The notes below the pieces were generated by a model. The model was not told the origin of the DNA. It made no database searches and saw nothing but the letters and a program-made list of their open reading frames with translations. Positions 61,447 to 64,000 of a DNA stretch of 64,000 bases are shown here, piece after piece (position 1 is the stretch's first letter; each line of letters opens with the position of its first letter). Location of the stretch: the NCBI GenBank assembly GCA_017502165.1, contig JAFVVO010000012.1:6174-70173 (forward strand), written 5' to 3'. The stretch comes from Clostridia bacterium. GTDB taxonomy: Bacteria; Bacillota; Clostridia; Christensenellales; QALW01. Both the position numbers and the translations under genes were made by a program.

Positions 61447-64000
61447 TTAAAAATTTACGTTTTCGCCTTTAACGATGGTAATATCGTCAATGCAGAGGTC
61501 GTGTGCATTCTTGTTGAGCATATGGAAGGTAAGTGACCAATCCTGACCAACGAAGGTTTCAAGGTCTGCATCGGTAATAGTCCATGTGTAAGACAAGGTT
61601 GCCCATTCGCTTGTAGCAGCAATGTTACCTGCAACGTCACGGTAAACCTGAACGTTACCTGTTGATGCAGGATTGTTGCAGCCATTGAAGAAATCGGTCT
61701 TATAGGTGCCGGTGGTGTCGTTTGACCACTGAACACCGGTGCATAAGCTGTCTGCACCAACAAGCTTCATACCAAAATTACCAACTTCAGTTTCACCTGT
61801 GCTTACGATCTTAGCTCTTACGCTGAAGGTGTAAGTACCTGCTTCGGTGAAATAGTCTTTAAAGTTGCTAAGTGCAGGTGCTGACCAAGTATTTGAGCCA
61901 GCAGCAAATGACATTTTAAGGAACTTGTTGCCGTCTTCTTCAGCAATTTCACTTGTATATCTTTCACCGGTTGGAGCAGAAAGAATACCAAGAGCAACGA
62001 GCTGGTCTACGCTATCAACGTCATCAAAGGTTGCAAGAGCAGATTCAACCTGGTTGGGAGTAAGTTCCTTATAATTGGAAATTACGTAGTCAGCGCCGCC
62101 TTCTACCTTATAGATAGCTGCTGCGTACCAGAAGAGGTTGCTGTCTGCACTGGTCTTGGAGGCTACGAAGGTACCAACGGGGTTGGTTGCGCCTGCCCAA
62201 ACGGTGTAACGCTTGGTTCCGCCAAGAACGTCGCCTAAGCCAAGAACTGATTTTGCATCAGCTTCGCTAAGCTGTTTAAGTGAGGAAACGAGACGTAAGC
62301 CGTGCTTAACAAGAGTGGATGTGCCCATATTTCTGTTGGAAACGAGAGAGATGGACTGGTCAGCATTCTTAGTGAAGCCGGTAAGCTCGAAGTAGTCTTC
62401 CTTAACAACTTCTGCTGCATAAACTGCAGTTACATAGAGGTTGCTGGTGGGATAAACTGCTAAGATTCTGTTGTAGGAAACGATGTTTCCGTTAGCGTCT
62501 TCCCAGTATGCGAAGGGAACGCCTTCCTTAACAGCGGGAGTTGAGAAGGTTACGAGCTTAAGTTTTTCAACAGTGCTCTTTTCGCCATTAACTGAAATAA
62601 CAGTCTTATCAGTTGAATTCTTAGTGTAAACGTACTTAACTGCAATCTGCTTGGTACCTGCATCAAGGAGAGCCTGAGCTGCTGCCTGAGCTTCTTCAAG
62701 AGTTGCAACAGTTGCTGCGCCGTTTACGCTATAGCCTGCGATGGTATAGCCGAGACGGGCAGGAGCTGCGGGGATATCAGTTGCATTTTCAACGGTCTTA
62801 ATAATGGTGCCGTTACCTGCAATGATGGTGATTTCATTCTTTTCGGGAACGAAAGAAACATCCTGAGTGATAAGTTCAAGAGTAACGTCGGAGTTGGGCA
62901 TTACAAAGTCAACAACGCCGTTAACTGCGGGGATAACAGTGGTGCCGTCAGCATATTTAACGCCAACGAGAACCTTAGTCGCATCATTAAGTGCAATCTT
63001 GTAGATGTTCCCTTCAGAAGCCCGAACTGCAGATTCAGCAACGCCGTTAATGGTAACGCCGTCACCTTCAACTTCAAGAACACGCTCGTTCTGAGGAGTG
63101 GGAACGTATTTTACAACAACGTTATCAATAGAAATAACGGCATTTGTACTCACACGGTCAAAGCACAAAAGCATGTCAGATGATCCTAATAACTCGGGAG
63201 TAACGTCAAGAACCCAAGTTAAAGTATGCCAAGCGTTTGAACCAATTACGTGCTTGTAGCCATAGCCGGAAGACAAAATCTGACCTTTTGCTGTGTTTCT
63301 GAAAGAAATCTCAGTAAAGTCACGAGCAGCAGTAGTTTTGAAGTCAACAGAGATGCTAATTCTGATGGTCTTTCCTCCACCAAGAGCAGCATCAAGAGCT
63401 CTAAGCTGCTCACCTAAAGACCAACCTGCTGAACCGTAAGTTGCAGGGGCGGTATAGGTTACAACCTTGCCCTTTTCAGCGTCTTCAGTAACAGTGAAAT
63501 TGGTTGCACCGCCTACGCTACCAAGAGCTACGGTTGCACCAACTTCAAGGGCATCGAAGTTTGAAAGGTCGTCAGAAATAAAGTTCTTTTCTAAAGCGTC
63601 GAAATCAACAGTAGGAGGTACGTAGTTGGGATCAACGAACTTTGCGGTTAAAGCTTTAGCACCATAGGTGGTAATGGTAGCATCGGAAGAAACAAGTCTG
63701 CCAAGGCTATCGTACCAACCACTAAAGGCGTATCCACTATAAGCAGTTGCTTTTGCAGTGTACATACCTTCGGCATTAGCATAGTACCAAACGTTACCTC
63801 TAGCAACATCAGAGTTTACAAACAAACCGGTGTTGCCAACATTTTTCATAACTGCACGGTTAACAGCGGTTGTTAAGAACGCCTCATTTGCTGTAGACTG
63901 TGCAGGAGTAAAGTGTGTAATATCAAGAGCGAAACGCCAACCAATACCTGCGCTTGCAGTTACCATGGGTGAGGTTGCTGTGGCACTGGTCTTGTTATAA
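61447..64000 (-). CDS. large surface protein with Listeria/Bacteroides-type repeat (Flg_new-like) and CBM-like domains; 5' end outside the window
   Basis: The frame stays open to position 64000, upstream of the listed Met. It has repeats of the GY(A/T)F(S)GWY type and CBM-like ends (LCIDDITIVKGENV). Confidence 0.65.
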   Translation of the reverse strand, partial: YNKTSATATSPMVTASAGIGWRFALDITHFTPAQSTANEAFLTTAVNRAVMKNVGNTGLFVNSDVARGNVWYYANAEGMYTAKATAYSGYAFSGWYDSLGRLVSSDATITTYGAKALTAKFVDPNYVPPTVDFDALEKNFISDDLSNFDALEVGATVALGSVGGATNFTVTEDAEKGKVVTYTAPATYGSAGWSLGEQLRALDAALGGGKTIRISISVDFKTTAARDFTEISFRNTAKGQILSSGYGYKHVIGSNAWHTLTWVLDVTPELLGSSDMLLCFDRVSTNAVISIDNVVVKYVPTPQNERVLEVEGDGVTINGVAESAVRASEGNIYKIALNDATKVLVGVKYADGTTVIPAVNGVVDFVMPNSDVTLELITQDVSFVPEKNEITIIAGNGTIIKTVENATDIPAAPARLGYTIAGYSVNGAATVATLEEAQAAAQALLDAGTKQIAVKYVYTKNSTDKTVISVNGEKSTVEKLKLVTFSTPAVKEGVPFAYWEDANGNIVSYNRILAVYPTSNLYVTAVYAAEVVKEDYFELTGFTKNADQSISLVSNRNMGTSTLVKHGLRLVSSLKQLSEADAKSVLGLGDVLGGTKRYTVWAGATNPVGTFVASKTSADSNLFWYAAAIYKVEGGADYVISNYKELTPNQVESALATFDDVDSVDQLVALGILSAPTGERYTSEIAEEDGNKFLKMSFAAGSNTWSAPALSNFKDYFTEAGTYTFSVRAKIVSTGETEVGNFGMKLVGADSLCTGVQWSNDTTGTYKTDFFNGCNNPASTGNVQVYRDVAGNIAATSEWATLSYTWTITDADLETFVGQDWSLTFHMLNKNAHDLCIDDITIVKGENVNF

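Overview
A 64-kb chromosomal window from an endospore-forming Firmicute that looks like Clostridia (sigH, cwlD, whiA, split class-I fumarase, IorAB). I count about 62 protein genes and found no rRNA, tRNA, CRISPR array, transposase or integrase by eye. Most of the window is housekeeping in canonical Firmicute synteny, almost all on the minus strand: mrnC-rlmB-sigH (0.3-2.3 kb); murB-PHP-rapZ-whiA-crh-like-dnaE-pfkA-plsX-acpP-rnc-smc-ftsY-ylxM-ffh-rpsP-khpA-rimM-trmD-rplS (38-57 kb); plus mnmA, pyrR, asnA and guaA. A plus-strand block (21.9-29.4 kb) encodes an aryl-acid module: acyl-CoA ligase, Na+/solute symporter, iorAB, paaK and an ACT protein. The accessory material lies at 7.2-19 kb (lipoproteins, a CDF/TetR pair, a PadR-DUF1700-DUF4097 module) and at 57-64 kb (giant secreted glycoside-hydrolase/CBM proteins). 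The most interesting observations are: (1) two integrase-less cassettes stacked at the guaA 3' end (14.46-18.99 kb), each bounded by a repeat holding a decaying fossil of the guaA C-terminal codons, the guaA terminator and an 11-bp-phased TGCAAC motif; (2) a dense DnaA-box cluster (4 perfect and 2 near-perfect TTATCCACA in about 160 bp) in an AT-rich intergenic region far from any dnaA; (3) a guaA that encodes only the ATP-pyrophosphatase half of GMP synthase; (4) a fusion of a PD-(D/E)xK nuclease to an XPD/DinG Fe-S helicase; (5) two reading frames broken at A5 homopolymers, a P-loop NTPase and a putative surface glycosidase of more than 1800 aa; (6) iteron-like 10-bp and 21-bp phased repeats at 58.1-58.3 kb. 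All family assignments come from motif recognition by eye; no database search was run.
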